64,000 nt of DNA from Candidatus Latescibacterota bacterium (GCA_963761125.1 CAVXFV010000005.1:50088-114087), one strand, 5' to 3'. Positions 18,922-29,595 are shown, counted from the first letter of the stretch. Notes: generated by a model not told the origin, from the sequence alone. Made by a program: numbers and translations.

Positions 18922-20250
18922 ATGAACGTTCGCCGGGCGATGATTGCCCATCTTCTACTCGTGTGTGCCTTCGCCGGCGCGGCGCACGCAGAGCGTTACG
19001 ACCTGGAGCGCTGCCTCGCTCTTGCGCTGGACACGTCGACCAACGTCGGCATTTCGAGCGAACAGCTGCGCACGGCGCGCAGCGGGATCATACAGAGCTA
19101 CGCTCAGTTCATGCCCAACTTCAACCTGAACGCCTACGGCGGTCACAGCTTCGCCGGCCCCAGCACGGGCTTGTACGTGGACGCCCAGGGTCGTCCGATC
19201 CAGCCCAGCGGATTCGACTACGAAGCGTACACCTTCAGCCTCCAGAGCCAGATGAATCTGTTCAACTGGGGCGCTAACGTGAACGGGCTGACCGAATCCA
19301 AACGGTCCGCGGACGCCGCCGCGTTCGACCTCGAGTACACACGCGACCTGATTCGCGCCGCGGTGATCCGCGAGTACTACGACCTCGTCCGCCAGCGCAA
19401 GCTCCTCGAGGTCCAGGAAGCCGATCTCGAGGCCAAGTCGCGCAATCTCGAACAGGTCGAGGCGTTCTATAAGATCGGATCGCGCACCAAGGCCGATTTC
19501 CTGCAGGCCCGCGTGGACAAGGCGAACAGCCAACTGCAGCTGCTCAACGTCAAGAACGCCGAGGCGCTGGCCGACGCTCGCCTGCACTCGCGCCTCAATA
19601 TCCCGCAGGACGCACCGTTCGAGATCGACGAGTCGATCGAGTTCACGCCCGCGCAGTTCAGTCTCAACAGCGAAATCGACCACATGTTCGAACACCGTTC
19701 GGACCTGTTGGCGGACAAGCAGCGAATCGCAGCCGCCGACGCGGCGTTATCTGTCGCGGAAAAGGGGCGCTACCCGACGCTGAGCGCATCGTTCGGTTAT
19801 TCGTGGAACGACCGTGCGTTTCCCCAGGATGGCCAGGTCTTCAAGCGTGACTACAACTGGAACGTCGGCGTCTTTCTCAGCTGGCCGATCTTCGATCGGT
19901 TCCAGACGAAGGCCAATATTCAGAGCACCAAGGCGCAGCATCGAATCGCGGAGTACAATCTGCAGCAGGCCAAGATCGATGCGGTTCTGGACGTGAAACA
20001 GATCATCTTGAACCTCGAGCAGGCGACGGAGCGGCTTCAGCTGGCCGAAGAGACCGTGGCGGCGGCGGAAGAGAACTCGCGGCTGGCCGAGGAGCGCTAC
20101 CGCGTCGGGGCGGGCACGATCCTGGAAACGATTCAGGCCAACGCATCGCTCACGTCAGCACAGGCGTCACTCATCGACGCTCGCGTCGACTACCTAATCA
20201 ATCGCGCGGATCTCCAGCGCGCGACCGGTCGCCCGATCGCGACGCACTGA
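18922..20250 (+). CDS. TolC-like outer-membrane efflux channel (OMF family)
   Basis: ATG 18922 (MNVRRAMIAHLLLVCAFAGAAHA signal peptide); about 442 aa with the coiled-coil/beta-barrel repeat pattern of outer-membrane factors (...RYRVGAGTILETIQANASLTSAQASLIDARVDY...). Confidence 0.85.
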   Translation: MNVRRAMIAHLLLVCAFAGAAHAERYDLERCLALALDTSTNVGISSEQLRTARSGIIQSYAQFMPNFNLNAYGGHSFAGPSTGLYVDAQGRPIQPSGFDYEAYTFSLQSQMNLFNWGANVNGLTESKRSADAAAFDLEYTRDLIRAAVIREYYDLVRQRKLLEVQEADLEAKSRNLEQVEAFYKIGSRTKADFLQARVDKANSQLQLLNVKNAEALADARLHSRLNIPQDAPFEIDESIEFTPAQFSLNSEIDHMFEHRSDLLADKQRIAAADAALSVAEKGRYPTLSASFGYSWNDRAFPQDGQVFKRDYNWNVGVFLSWPIFDRFQTKANIQSTKAQHRIAEYNLQQAKIDAVLDVKQIILNLEQATERLQLAEETVAAAEENSRLAEERYRVGAGTILETIQANASLTSAQASLIDARVDYLINRADLQRATGRPIATH

Positions 20251-20332
20251 CCGCGCGCCTCCACGCGCCTCGTGAGACACACGCGGGCAGCGCTGCTTTG
20301 CAGTGCTGCCCGCTCGTGTTATGCTCGCGCGC

Positions 20333-21043
20333 ATGCTGATCCACATGCGCGGCATTTCGAAGCGCTACCAGATGGGCAGTCACGTCGTGAATGCCGTGGA
20401 CGGCATCGATCTGGACGTGGAGCGAAACGAATACGTCGCCCTGATGGGGCCGTCGGGATCGGGCAAGTCCACGTTCATGAACATCATCGGCTGTCTGGAC
20501 ACGCCGACGGCCGGTACCTACCTGCTCAACGGCGAGGATGTCACCCGGCTCTCCGACGACGAACTCGCCTATATTCGCAACCGTGAGATCGGCTTCGTGT
20601 TCCAGACGTTCAACCTGTTGCCGCGTGCGACTGCACTCCAGAACGTCGAGCTACCGCTCATCTACGCGGGCCTCGATGCCGGCGTCCGCCGCGAACGCGT
20701 CTGGGAGTCGCTCAGAGCAGTCGGACTCGACGAGCGCGCCAACCACCGGCCCAACGAGCTGTCGGGGGGTCAGCGCCAGCGTGTCGCCATCGCGCGCGCG
20801 CTCGTGAACAACCCGTCGATCATCCTGGCGGACGAACCGACCGGGAATCTCGATTCCAAGTCCGGATCCGAGATCATGCGAATTTTCGAGACTCTTCACG
20901 AACAGGGGCATACGTTGATCGTGGTGACCCACGACGAGGCGGTTGCGGCCAGTGCGCGCCGTGAAATCCGACTGCACGACGGACGTGTCGCGTCGGATCG
21001 GCCCGTCGAAGGGCGCATCGCCGATGAGGGGAGACTGCAGTGA
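20333..21043 (+). CDS. MacB/LolD-type ABC transporter ATP-binding protein
   Basis: Walker [11 protein letters not shown]-loop, [15 protein letters not shown], Walker [12 protein letters not shown]. Start chosen among ATGs 20303/20321/20333/20345 to give a typical N-terminus. Confidence 0.85.
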   Translation: MLIHMRGISKRYQMGSHVVNAVDGIDLDVERNEYVALMGPSGSGKSTFMNIIGCLDTPTAGTYLLNGEDVTRLSDDELAYIRNREIGFVFQTFNLLPRATALQNVELPLIYAGLDAGVRRERVWESLRAVGLDERANHRPNELSGGQRQRVAIARALVNNPSIILADEPTGNLDSKSGSEIMRIFETLHEQGHTLIVVTHDEAVAASARREIRLHDGRVASDRPVEGRIADEGRLQ

Positions 21044-22308
21044 CCCGGAAGCGAAAGGCCATGCTGGGAGCCGGAATCGTTGTCGTCCTCGCGGTGCTCG
21101 TTCTGGTGAATCTTCGCGCGCGCGGTCGCGGCACGGACGTGCAGGTGACGACTGTGGGACGCCGGGACGTCACCAAGATCATCACGGCATCGGGCGAGAT
21201 CCAGCCCAGGCGCCGCGTCAACGTGAGCGCCACGGCGATCGGAAAGGTGACGCGGCTCGCCGTCCACGAAGGCGATCACGTCAAGAAAGGCGACTTCCTG
21301 CTCGAGATCGACGCCGAGCCCTACGAGTCCGCCGTCGACCAGCTCAACGCCGCGGTGCGGGGGGCGCGCGCCAATCTCGAAATGGAACGCGCGTCGCAAA
21401 ACAAGGCGAGGGACGACTACAACCAGGCCGTGGCGCTGCACGACAAGGGATTCATGTCCGACGCCGAGTTCTCGGCGGCGAGCTCGAGCTACGAAATTCG
21501 TCAGGCGAGCACGCGTTCCGCGGAAGAGTCGCTTCAGCAGGCCGAAGCCAACCTGCGCAAGGCCACGCACGACTTGAAGCAGGTTCGCATCACGGCGGAG
21601 ATGTCCGGCGTTATCACCGGACTCAACGTCGAGGCGGGCGAGAGCGCCATCATGGGGACGCTCAACAACCCCGGAACGGTGCTGCTCACGATCTCCGACC
21701 TGTCCGAGATCGAGGCCGAGGTACGTGTCGACGAAACCGAGGTCGTGCTGGTGCAACCGGGGCAGGAGGCGATCGTTCGCCTCGACGCGCACCCCGACAC
21801 CACCTACAGGGGCGTTGTGACCGAGGTGGGCAACAGCGCCATCCGTTCCCAGATCGGACTCGGTCAGGAATCGGTCGATTTCAAGGTGAAGGTTGCGATC
21901 AAGGACACGATTCCCGACGTGCGGCCGGGACTCTCCGCGTCGGTCGACATCACGGTGGCGAAGGAACACAACGTGCTCGCCGTCCCCATCCAGTGTCTGA
22001 CCGTGCGGGACAAGGCCCGCCTCGAGCGCGAACGGCGGCGCGGGAAGCAGGCGAAGGAGTCGTCGGCCGCCGATACGTCGTCGGCCGACACCGACAAGCC
22101 GCACGATATCGAAGGCGTCTTTGTCGTCACCGACGGCATTGCGCACTTCCGGGAGGTGCGCGTCGGGATTGCCGGTCAGAGCTATTTCGTGATCGAGTCG
22201 GGTCTGTCGGAAGGGGACGTCGTCGTGTCCGGACCGTTCAAGACCATCAACGACCTGCGCGACGGAGAACGGGTCAAGATCAGACGGGACGATAAGAAGG
22301 GGGCGTAG
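21040..22308 (+). CDS. HlyD/MacA-family periplasmic efflux adaptor
   Basis: 422 aa; N-terminal TM segment, biotinyl-lipoyl-like hairpin (...[40 protein letters not shown]...) and coiled-coil region; start overlaps the upstream stop. Confidence 0.85.
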   Translation: MTRKRKAMLGAGIVVVLAVLVLVNLRARGRGTDVQVTTVGRRDVTKIITASGEIQPRRRVNVSATAIGKVTRLAVHEGDHVKKGDFLLEIDAEPYESAVDQLNAAVRGARANLEMERASQNKARDDYNQAVALHDKGFMSDAEFSAASSSYEIRQASTRSAEESLQQAEANLRKATHDLKQVRITAEMSGVITGLNVEAGESAIMGTLNNPGTVLLTISDLSEIEAEVRVDETEVVLVQPGQEAIVRLDAHPDTTYRGVVTEVGNSAIRSQIGLGQESVDFKVKVAIKDTIPDVRPGLSASVDITVAKEHNVLAVPIQCLTVRDKARLERERRRGKQAKESSAADTSSADTDKPHDIEGVFVVTDGIAHFREVRVGIAGQSYFVIESGLSEGDVVVSGPFKTINDLRDGERVKIRRDDKKGA

Positions 22309-22311
22309 TCC

Positions 22312-23556
22312 ATGCGGCCACCGCTCCGCGTCGCCTTCGAAGGCGTCAGGATCGCGTACAGCGCCCTGCTCGGCAACAAGCTGCGGACGTTGCTGACGCT
22401 GCTCGGCAACATCGTCGGTATCATGTCCGTCATCGCCGTCGTGTCGCTGCTGGGCGGAATCGACCTCTACATGCGCCAGCAGGTGGCGTCCGAGGGCAGC
22501 AATCTCTTCACGATCCAGCGCGTCAATTTCCTCGACGCGATCAACGACTTCGAGAAATTCATCGACAAGCTCATGTTCAACCCGCAGATCACGAGCGCGG
22601 ACGTCGAAGCGATGCGCGAAGGTCTCACGCTCTCGCAGCACGTGAGCGCGTACGTGGAGAGCAACGCTCCGATCGCGGCACTCGGAAAATCGGTGACGAT
22701 GAAAGTCGAGGGGCGCGACGCCGAATACCCGTTCGTCGAGTCGATTCCCCTCGAGGTCGGCCGGCACTTCACCCGTCTCGAAGACCGCGAAAGCGCCCAG
22801 GTAGCCGTCATCGGGTGGGAAGTCTACGAGCGGCTGATCGAGCCGCGCAGCGCGATCGGGCGAACGATTCGGATCGGGAGCCGGCATTTTCGCGTGATCG
22901 GCGTCGCGTCCAAACGCGGGTCCGTCCTCGGCGAGAGCCGGGACCGCTTCGTCGTGATTCCGGTGGGAGCGTATCGGAAGCTCTTCGGCACGGGACAGTC
23001 TCTCGACATCAAGGTGGCCGCCGGCGACATCCGCCGCCTCGACGATGCCATCGACGAAGCGACGGTCGCGATGAGAATCCGTCACAATCTCCGCCCGCGC
23101 GACGAGAATGACTTTTCGATTTCGACCAGCGAACAGTTGATCAACCTCTGGAAGGCGATCAGCCGCGGCGTGATGATCGCACTCGTGGCGCTGGTGAGCA
23201 TCTCGATGGTGGTGGGCGGAATCGTTCTCATGAACACGATGATCGTGTCGGTGGCCGAGCGCACCCGCGAGATCGGGATTCGCAAGGCGGTTGGCGCGCC
23301 GCGGACGGCGATCGTGTGGCAGTTTCTGGTCGAGTCCGCGACGCTGTCGGTGTTCGGCGGTGTGATCGGCATGGCGCTCGGGTTCCTGATCGCGGCGGCG
23401 GTATCGGCGCTTTCGGTTCTTCCGTACGTCGTCAATGCCACGATCGTCATAGTCGCGCTCGTCGTGACCATCCTGCTCGGGTTGATATTCGGCACCTATC
23501 CGGCCGTCAAGGCGGCGCGACTCGACCCGGTTGACGCGCTGAGGTCGGGAGAGTAG
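22312..23556 (+). CDS. MacB/FtsX-family ABC transporter permease (1 of 2)
   Basis: 414 aa; N-terminal TM segment, large periplasmic domain, and C-terminal FtsX 3-TM bundle (...ERTREIGIRKAVGA...). Confidence 0.85.
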   Translation: MRPPLRVAFEGVRIAYSALLGNKLRTLLTLLGNIVGIMSVIAVVSLLGGIDLYMRQQVASEGSNLFTIQRVNFLDAINDFEKFIDKLMFNPQITSADVEAMREGLTLSQHVSAYVESNAPIAALGKSVTMKVEGRDAEYPFVESIPLEVGRHFTRLEDRESAQVAVIGWEVYERLIEPRSAIGRTIRIGSRHFRVIGVASKRGSVLGESRDRFVVIPVGAYRKLFGTGQSLDIKVAAGDIRRLDDAIDEATVAMRIRHNLRPRDENDFSISTSEQLINLWKAISRGVMIALVALVSISMVVGGIVLMNTMIVSVAERTREIGIRKAVGAPRTAIVWQFLVESATLSVFGGVIGMALGFLIAAAVSALSVLPYVVNATIVIVALVVTILLGLIFGTYPAVKAARLDPVDALRSGE

Positions 23557-23562
23557 ACCGCC

Positions 23563-24813
23563 ATGGAACCGCGTCCTGCGCACAAGATGCTCTGGCGGGA
23601 AAATTTTCTGCAGGCGATCGATATCATCCGCGCGCATCGGATGCGTTCCGGTCTTCTCATTCTGGGGGTCGCGATCGGCATCGCCACCGTCCTGATGATG
23701 GTCACCGTTCTCAACGGGCTGACGAAAAAAATCTATCACGACATGGCATCCGCCAACCGGCCGTACATCTACGTCCAGAAATTCGACGTGCTGGTATCGG
23801 GAGAAGACGCGCAGGAAATGATGCGTCGCCGCGACTTCACACGGGAAGACGCGGAAGCGTTGCCTGGCATGTGCCCGAGTCTGGATCGTGTGAGCTATTT
23901 CGCCGAGTCGCAGGGGAACTACGTGGTGCGCTACGAGGGGGAGAAAACGCCGCCGACCTCGATACTCGGGGCGTCTGAAGCCCTGCCCGACATCTTCACG
24001 CTGACCATCGACCAGGGACGTTTCTTCACCGCCGTGGAGGTGCGGTACAAGGAGCGGGTCATCGTACTCGGCTCCGGCCCGGCCAACGATCTCTTCAAGA
24101 GCGCCAACCCGATCGGAAAGTACGTTACCATCAACGGCGAGAAATACCAGGTGGTCGGCACGCTCGCATCCCGCAAGCATATCTTCGGTGCGTGGTCGGA
24201 CAACTTCGTCACCATTCCGCACACCACATTCGGTAAGGATCTCCAGCAGGAAGGCGACCCGGTCACCATCGGTGCGACGGTTCATGCCGGCGTTCCGCTG
24301 GAGCGTGGCGTCGAAGAAGTAACGCGCGCGATGCGCGTCCGACGCGGGTTGCGGCCGAGCCAGCCCAACGATTTCGATGTCGAAACCAGCGAGTCCTTCA
24401 TCGACCTGGTGAAGAAAGTGACGGTTCCGATCGGTATCGTCCTGGTGATCATTGCGTCGATCGGTCTTTTGGTCGGGGGGATCGGCGTGATGAACATCAT
24501 GCTGATTTCGGTTACCGAGCGAACCCGGGAGATCGGGGTTCGGCGCGCCATCGGAGCGGCCCGCGCCGACGTCATGCTCCAGTTCCTGGTCGAAGCTGGA
24601 ACGCTGACCGGTATCGGCGGAGCGATCGGAGTGATCGGCGGAACGGCGCTGGCCTTCGCGATCTCCCGCGCGATTCACTTTCCCTTTGTGTTCTCGACCG
24701 CCTGGACGGCGATCAGCCTCGTCTTCTCGGTCGTCGTGGGTGTCGGATTCGGCCTCTATCCGGCGCGCCGCGCCGGCGACATGGATCCGGTCGTGGCGCT
24801 CCACTACGAGTAG
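23563..24813 (+). CDS. MacB/FtsX-family ABC transporter permease (2 of 2)
   Basis: 416 aa paralog of the preceding gene (...ERTREIGVRRAIGA...DPVVALHYE). Confidence 0.85.
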   Translation: MEPRPAHKMLWRENFLQAIDIIRAHRMRSGLLILGVAIGIATVLMMVTVLNGLTKKIYHDMASANRPYIYVQKFDVLVSGEDAQEMMRRRDFTREDAEALPGMCPSLDRVSYFAESQGNYVVRYEGEKTPPTSILGASEALPDIFTLTIDQGRFFTAVEVRYKERVIVLGSGPANDLFKSANPIGKYVTINGEKYQVVGTLASRKHIFGAWSDNFVTIPHTTFGKDLQQEGDPVTIGATVHAGVPLERGVEEVTRAMRVRRGLRPSQPNDFDVETSESFIDLVKKVTVPIGIVLVIIASIGLLVGGIGVMNIMLISVTERTREIGVRRAIGAARADVMLQFLVEAGTLTGIGGAIGVIGGTALAFAISRAIHFPFVFSTAWTAISLVFSVVVGVGFGLYPARRAGDMDPVVALHYE

Positions 24814-24872
24814 GTTCCCGCTTGCCATGGCGCGCGCCGCTGGCCTAATTTGGAACGGCCCCGCCGACACCC

Positions 24873-26162
24873 ATGAACAATCGATACCCCTATCGTGTTT
24901 TGGCCGCCGCCCTGGCGATGGTGGTCACCGCGGTATGGGCGGCCCCGTCGTTGGCCCAGGGCCGGTTCGGTTTGTACGCCAATGCGTTTCTCGACTCGAC
25001 ACGAACGCCCCGGACACGTATCACCGTCGATGTTCCGTTTCGGACGCTGATCTTCCTCAAGAAGGAGGGGTACTTCGACGCGCGCTACGACGCGTTCATC
25101 TCGATCCACAACACGTCGGATCCGTCGTCGCGACCGTCGACGTACGTCCTCCACGGATTCGCGACGGTGAAGACGTACGAGGAAACCCGCCGCCGCGACC
25201 AGAAATCCCGCACCTGGCGCGAGTTCAAGTTGCCGCCCGGCGAATACAGCATCGACGCTACACTGACGGTCGAGAACACCCAGATCGCGTTGCAGCGCTC
25301 TGTGAGCCTGCGGGTTCCGGACTTCCTCGCGTCCGGCATGGGGATCGGAACGCCGCAGGTTCTGTCCGTTCCGCCGGGCGCGGTGTCCGGATTCGCCCGC
25401 TGGGCCGACGCCGCCGACAAGCTCGCGACCGCCCCGGCGCCCGCCGACGCATCCATCGCCGGCCTTGATCGCCAACCGGCGGTGCGCTTTTCCATCTTCC
25501 TGAAGGACAGCGTGAGCGGGTCCGTCCCGTGCGATCTGTTCTTCGAGGTCGTCGACCCCTCGGACCGCCAGATTCTCTATGGTAAGCGCCTGCTCCAGCT
25601 CAGCGGCAAGAACGACGAGTTCGTGGTGACGTTCAATGCCGACGACTGGTCGCCGGGTCTCTACAAGGTCAACCTCCGCGCGCAGACGCACGACCCCGAT
25701 CGCGATGCCAGCGCCTCGGTCGACGTGCACCTCGACGTCACGCGGGCGATGCTCGGGGCGAACTTCGACGACACGCTGGAAATTCTCGGGTTGATCGCGA
25801 GCAGGGACGAGATCAAGCCTCTGCGCGATGCGCCCGAATCGGAACGCGCCGCCGCGTGGGCCAAGTTCTGGGCGGCGCGCGACCCGGATCCGAGCACGCC
25901 CGAGAACGAGGCGCTGATCCAGTACCTGCAGCGCGTGCAATACGTCGACAAGGAGTACTCGCAGTTCGGTCCGGGTTGGCGCTCGGATCGTGGCCGTGTA
26001 TACATCCGCTACGGCGCACCCGAGCAGATCGACACCGCGATGGACCAGGGCGCTTCGCAGGGCGAGTACGAAATCTGGCGCTACTATCAGCTAGGTCGCA
26101 CGTTCGTCTTCTACGACATGTTCGGCGTCGGCGACTACAAGCTCGTGCAGGGGGATCTGTGA
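24873..26162 (+). CDS. GWxTD-domain protein, paralog 2 (intact)
   Basis: 429 aa; signal peptide MNNRYPYRVLAAALAMVVTAVWAAPSLAQ and a C-terminal ...GPGWRSDRGRVYIRYGAPEQ... core. Function unknown. Confidence 0.75.
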   Translation: MNNRYPYRVLAAALAMVVTAVWAAPSLAQGRFGLYANAFLDSTRTPRTRITVDVPFRTLIFLKKEGYFDARYDAFISIHNTSDPSSRPSTYVLHGFATVKTYEETRRRDQKSRTWREFKLPPGEYSIDATLTVENTQIALQRSVSLRVPDFLASGMGIGTPQVLSVPPGAVSGFARWADAADKLATAPAPADASIAGLDRQPAVRFSIFLKDSVSGSVPCDLFFEVVDPSDRQILYGKRLLQLSGKNDEFVVTFNADDWSPGLYKVNLRAQTHDPDRDASASVDVHLDVTRAMLGANFDDTLEILGLIASRDEIKPLRDAPESERAAAWAKFWAARDPDPSTPENEALIQYLQRVQYVDKEYSQFGPGWRSDRGRVYIRYGAPEQIDTAMDQGASQGEYEIWRYYQLGRTFVFYDMFGVGDYKLVQGDL

Positions 26163-27709
26163 TGAAGCGCGCCGCGTACGCGTCCATCGCGTGCGCCCTC
26201 CTGCTCGCGGCGTCGGGGTGCTCGCGTGAGCGACCCGCGTCTCCGATGTTGGAACTGGCGCTCGCCTCGTCTCCGAATCGACTCGACCCCGCGTTCGCCG
26301 TCGACGTCAACGATGGCGAGATATGCACGCTCGTTTACGACGGGCTGGTCGGTTTCTCTCCCGAGGGAACACTGATTCCGGGGATCGCGCGCCGGTGGGA
26401 CGTGGTCGACGCGCGTCACTACGTCTTCCATCTGGATCCCGCGGCGCGGTTTTCCACCGGACGGCCTGTTTTGGCGGCGGACGTCGTCGCCAGTTTCCAG
26501 CGTACGCTCGCGCCGGAGACGGCCTCGCCGCGCGCGTGGGTGCTCGATCGCGTGTCGGGCGCGTCCGCGTTTCACGATGGCACTGACCGCGACGTCTCAG
26601 GACTGACGGCGCCGGACGACTCCACCGTGGTCGTCGATCTCGACGAACCGTTTGCGCCCTTCCTGTCGATGCTGGCATTGCCCGCCGCGCGCGTGGTCGA
26701 CGTGTCGAATCTCACCGGCGGCGTCGGGCAGACGCCGATCGGCGCCGGACCGTGGGTCGTGTCCGAATGGGTGCGCGGCGATCGCGTCGTGTTGACACCG
26801 AACTCCCATCACGCGCGGCGCGCGCGCGGCATCACCGGCGTGCGCTATCGCGTGATCCCGGAACCGTTCACCCGCATCGCGGAATTCGAATCGGGAACGA
26901 TCGACGAGCTCCAGATTCCGGAGGCCGAAGTCGCGCGTTTCCGCGATGACCCGGCGACCGCGTCGCGCGTCATGCGGCGCCCCGAATTGCGCGTGTTCTA
27001 TATCGGGCTCAACAACCGTCGGTTTACCGACGTTCGCGTCCGCCGGGCGCTCAACATGGCGGTCAACGTGGACGACATCATCCGTGTGTTCGCCGCCGGC
27101 GACGCAGTGCCGGCCCACGGGTCGATTCCGCCCGGACTCGCCGGATATCGCGAGCGCGAGGGCTACAGATACGATCCGAAGCGGGCGCGCGAACTGTTGG
27201 CGGAAGCCGGTTTCCCCAACGGGCTCGACATCGAGATCTGGCAGCGGGAGAGCGCGGAAGGGAATCGCATCCTCGAGGCCGTTCAGGGGTACTGGAGCGA
27301 GATCGGCGTGCGCGCCACACTCGTGCGTCGCGAATGGTCGGCGTTCAAGGAAGCGGTGAGCAACGGCAAAGTCGATGCGTTCCTGCTCGACTGGTTCGCG
27401 GACTACCCCGACGCCGAGAACTTCCTGTTCCCCCTGTTCCACTCCAGCAATTTCGGTGGCGGCGGAAACCGATCGTTCTTCTCCGACCCGGCAATCGACC
27501 GGATGATCGAAGACGCAAGCCGGACCACCGATCCCGGCGCCCGGGCGGCGATGTACGCGACCGTCGACAGTCTGGTCTACGACCAGGCCCCGTGGGTTTA
27601 TCTCTATTTTCCCACCACCCTGCACATCGTCTCGACGCATGTCTCGGGCTACCGCCTCGCCAGCCTTTATCTCGGCAACGACTACAGCACGGTGGTCAAG
27701 GCGCCGTAG
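26162..27709 (+). CDS. ABC transporter substrate-binding protein, family 5 (peptide/nickel), set 2
   Basis: ATG 26162 overlaps the upstream stop (TGATG); signal peptide with lipobox-like ...LLAASGC; about 515 aa of the SBP_bac_5 class. The longer ORF from 25856 is a spurious extension. Confidence 0.85.
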   Translation: MKRAAYASIACALLLAASGCSRERPASPMLELALASSPNRLDPAFAVDVNDGEICTLVYDGLVGFSPEGTLIPGIARRWDVVDARHYVFHLDPAARFSTGRPVLAADVVASFQRTLAPETASPRAWVLDRVSGASAFHDGTDRDVSGLTAPDDSTVVVDLDEPFAPFLSMLALPAARVVDVSNLTGGVGQTPIGAGPWVVSEWVRGDRVVLTPNSHHARRARGITGVRYRVIPEPFTRIAEFESGTIDELQIPEAEVARFRDDPATASRVMRRPELRVFYIGLNNRRFTDVRVRRALNMAVNVDDIIRVFAAGDAVPAHGSIPPGLAGYREREGYRYDPKRARELLAEAGFPNGLDIEIWQRESAEGNRILEAVQGYWSEIGVRATLVRREWSAFKEAVSNGKVDAFLLDWFADYPDAENFLFPLFHSSNFGGGGNRSFFSDPAIDRMIEDASRTTDPGARAAMYATVDSLVYDQAPWVYLYFPTTLHIVSTHVSGYRLASLYLGNDYSTVVKAP

Positions 27710-27760
27710 CGGCACACCGCGGTTGCTACCGTCGCGGCCCGTGGCATATGCTCGCCGCGT

Positions 27761-28702
27761 ATGATCTCCTACTCCATCCGACGGCTGCTCCTGTTCATTC
27801 CGCTTTTGCTCGGAGTCGCCACCATCACGTTCTTTCTGATGCACGTGCTGCCCGGGGATCCGGTGCTCAGCATGGTCGGCGAGCGCTATGACGCGGACAC
27901 GATCGCCCGTCTACGCGCGGAGATGCACCTGGATCAGCCGCTCTACGTCCGGTACCTGGACTACCTCAACTCTCTGGCGCGCCTCGATCTCGGGAAGTCT
28001 TACACGACCGGGACGCCCGTATGGGACTCGATCCGGCAGCGATTTCCGAACACGCTCCGGCTCGCGTGTGCTGCGATGGCGATCGCTATCGTGCTGGGAA
28101 TTACGATCGGCGTACTCGCCGCATGGAAGCGCGGGTCGCCGCTCGACTACCTGCTCGTCGGCGGCGCGGTCGTCGGCGTGTCGATTCCGGTTTTCTGGCT
28201 GGGTGTGCTGCTGATCTATGTGTTCTCGATGCGACTCGGCGTGCTGCCGGCGTCGGGCTTCGGTAACGGAAACCCGGCCTACCTGATTCTCCCCGCATTC
28301 ACGCTCGCGATGGCATCGACGGCGTACGTCGCCCGCATTACGCGCTCGAGTCTTCTGGACGAGGTCGGCGAAACCTACGTGAAGGCTGCGCGGGCGAAGG
28401 GGGCCGGCGAGAGCCGCGTGCTGATCCGACACGCGCTTCGTAACGCACTGCTTCCGATCATCACGGTGGTCGGGGTCGATTTCGGGAGCTACCTGAGCGG
28501 CGCGGTGCTGACGGAGTCGATCTTCGCCTGGCCTGGCCTCGGACGATTCACACTGGACGCCATTCTCAAACGCGATCTGCCAGCTATTCAGGGCTCTGTC
28601 CTGTTCATGGCGATCCTGTTCATGGTCGTCAACCTCGCGGTCGATCTGCTTTACGCGCGGGTCGACCCGCGCGTAAAGCTCGGTGGAGCGGGGGGATCAT
28701 GA
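27761..28702 (+). CDS. Peptide ABC transporter permease (DppB-like), set 2
   Basis: 313 aa, MISYSIRRLLLFIPLLLGVATITFFLMHVLPGDPV.... Confidence 0.88.
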   Translation: MISYSIRRLLLFIPLLLGVATITFFLMHVLPGDPVLSMVGERYDADTIARLRAEMHLDQPLYVRYLDYLNSLARLDLGKSYTTGTPVWDSIRQRFPNTLRLACAAMAIAIVLGITIGVLAAWKRGSPLDYLLVGGAVVGVSIPVFWLGVLLIYVFSMRLGVLPASGFGNGNPAYLILPAFTLAMASTAYVARITRSSLLDEVGETYVKAARAKGAGESRVLIRHALRNALLPIITVVGVDFGSYLSGAVLTESIFAWPGLGRFTLDAILKRDLPAIQGSVLFMAILFMVVNLAVDLLYARVDPRVKLGGAGGS

Positions 28703-29586
28703 CCGTTGTCAGGCGCACCGAGGGTCCCGAGCCGGCGCCGGTGGCGACGCGGCGGCGTCGCGTTCCAAGACTCTGGCGTAACGCGGGAGGAACCGTCGGC
28801 GCCGTGCTCGTGATCGTCGTCGTGCTGGGCGGTATCCTGGCGCCGTGGTTGACGCCGTATGCGCCCACCCACATCGCGATGGCCGAGGCGCTGCAGCCGC
28901 CCGGGGGCGTGCACCCGCTCGGGACCGATCCGTTCGGGCGCGACGTGCTCAGTCGCGTCCTCTACGGCGCGCGGTTCTCGCTCGAAGTGGGCGTCGTTTC
29001 CCGTATCCTCGCGCTGCTCCTGGGAACCTGTCTCGGGTTGGTCGCGGGCTACTTCGGTGGACGGGCGGATCAGGCGGTCATGCGGCTCGCCGACATCACG
29101 CTGGCCTACCCGGGATTACTGCTGTTGATCGCGGTAATCGCCGCGGTGGGGCCGAGCAAGGTGTCGCTATTCGTAGCGCTTGGAATTGTCGGATGGGCGG
29201 GCGTGGCACGCCTCGTGCGAGCCCAGGTGTTGTCGCTGAAGGAGCGCGAGTTCATCACCGCGATCCGGTCGCTCGGGGCGACGGACGCCTCCGTGATCGT
29301 CCGGCACGTGCTGCCGAATGTCATGACACCGATCCTCGTCATCTTCTCGATGGGCCTCGGGGCGTCGATCATGGCGGAGTCCTCGATGAGCTTTCTCGGC
29401 CTGGGCGCGCAGCCTCCGTTGCCGAGTTGGGGCTCGATGATCAGCGGGGGACTGGACTACGTTCGCGTAGCGCCTTGGTTATCGCTGGCGCCGGGTATCG
29501 TGGTGACGATGACGGTACTTGGGTTCAATCTCCTTGGCGATGCCCTACGCGATCTCTACGACCCCCGGCTCGGCCACGGGCGCTAA
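28699..29586 (+). CDS. Peptide ABC transporter permease (DppC-like), set 2
   Basis: 295 aa, ...HPLGTDPFGRDVLSRV... motif; start overlaps the upstream stop. Confidence 0.88.
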   Translation: MTVVRRTEGPEPAPVATRRRRVPRLWRNAGGTVGAVLVIVVVLGGILAPWLTPYAPTHIAMAEALQPPGGVHPLGTDPFGRDVLSRVLYGARFSLEVGVVSRILALLLGTCLGLVAGYFGGRADQAVMRLADITLAYPGLLLLIAVIAAVGPSKVSLFVALGIVGWAGVARLVRAQVLSLKEREFITAIRSLGATDASVIVRHVLPNVMTPILVIFSMGLGASIMAESSMSFLGLGAQPPLPSWGSMISGGLDYVRVAPWLSLAPGIVVTMTVLGFNLLGDALRDLYDPRLGHGR

Positions 29587-29595
29587 GGAACGACG

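Noticed and set aside
20896-24870. 1324-aa ORF on the minus strand, and similar long antisense ORFs at 1730-3172, 3418-5067, 9377-10405, 10523-12574, 17028-18857, 31055-32758, 34476-36206, 36883-38691, 44197-45321, 46035-47267
   Set aside because: All lie antisense to well-supported + strand genes with clear homology. Their translations are Arg/Pro/Gly-rich low-complexity strings typical of stop-codon-poor high-GC antisense frames.
25856-26161. N-terminal extension of the substrate-binding-protein ORF; similarly 56181-56681, 38559-38900, 18640-18921, 32468-32536 and 59129-60045/61655-61951
   Set aside because: These extensions overlap upstream genes in other frames and are low-complexity. 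Internal ATG/GTG starts with signal peptides or Shine-Dalgarno sites give homolog-length proteins.
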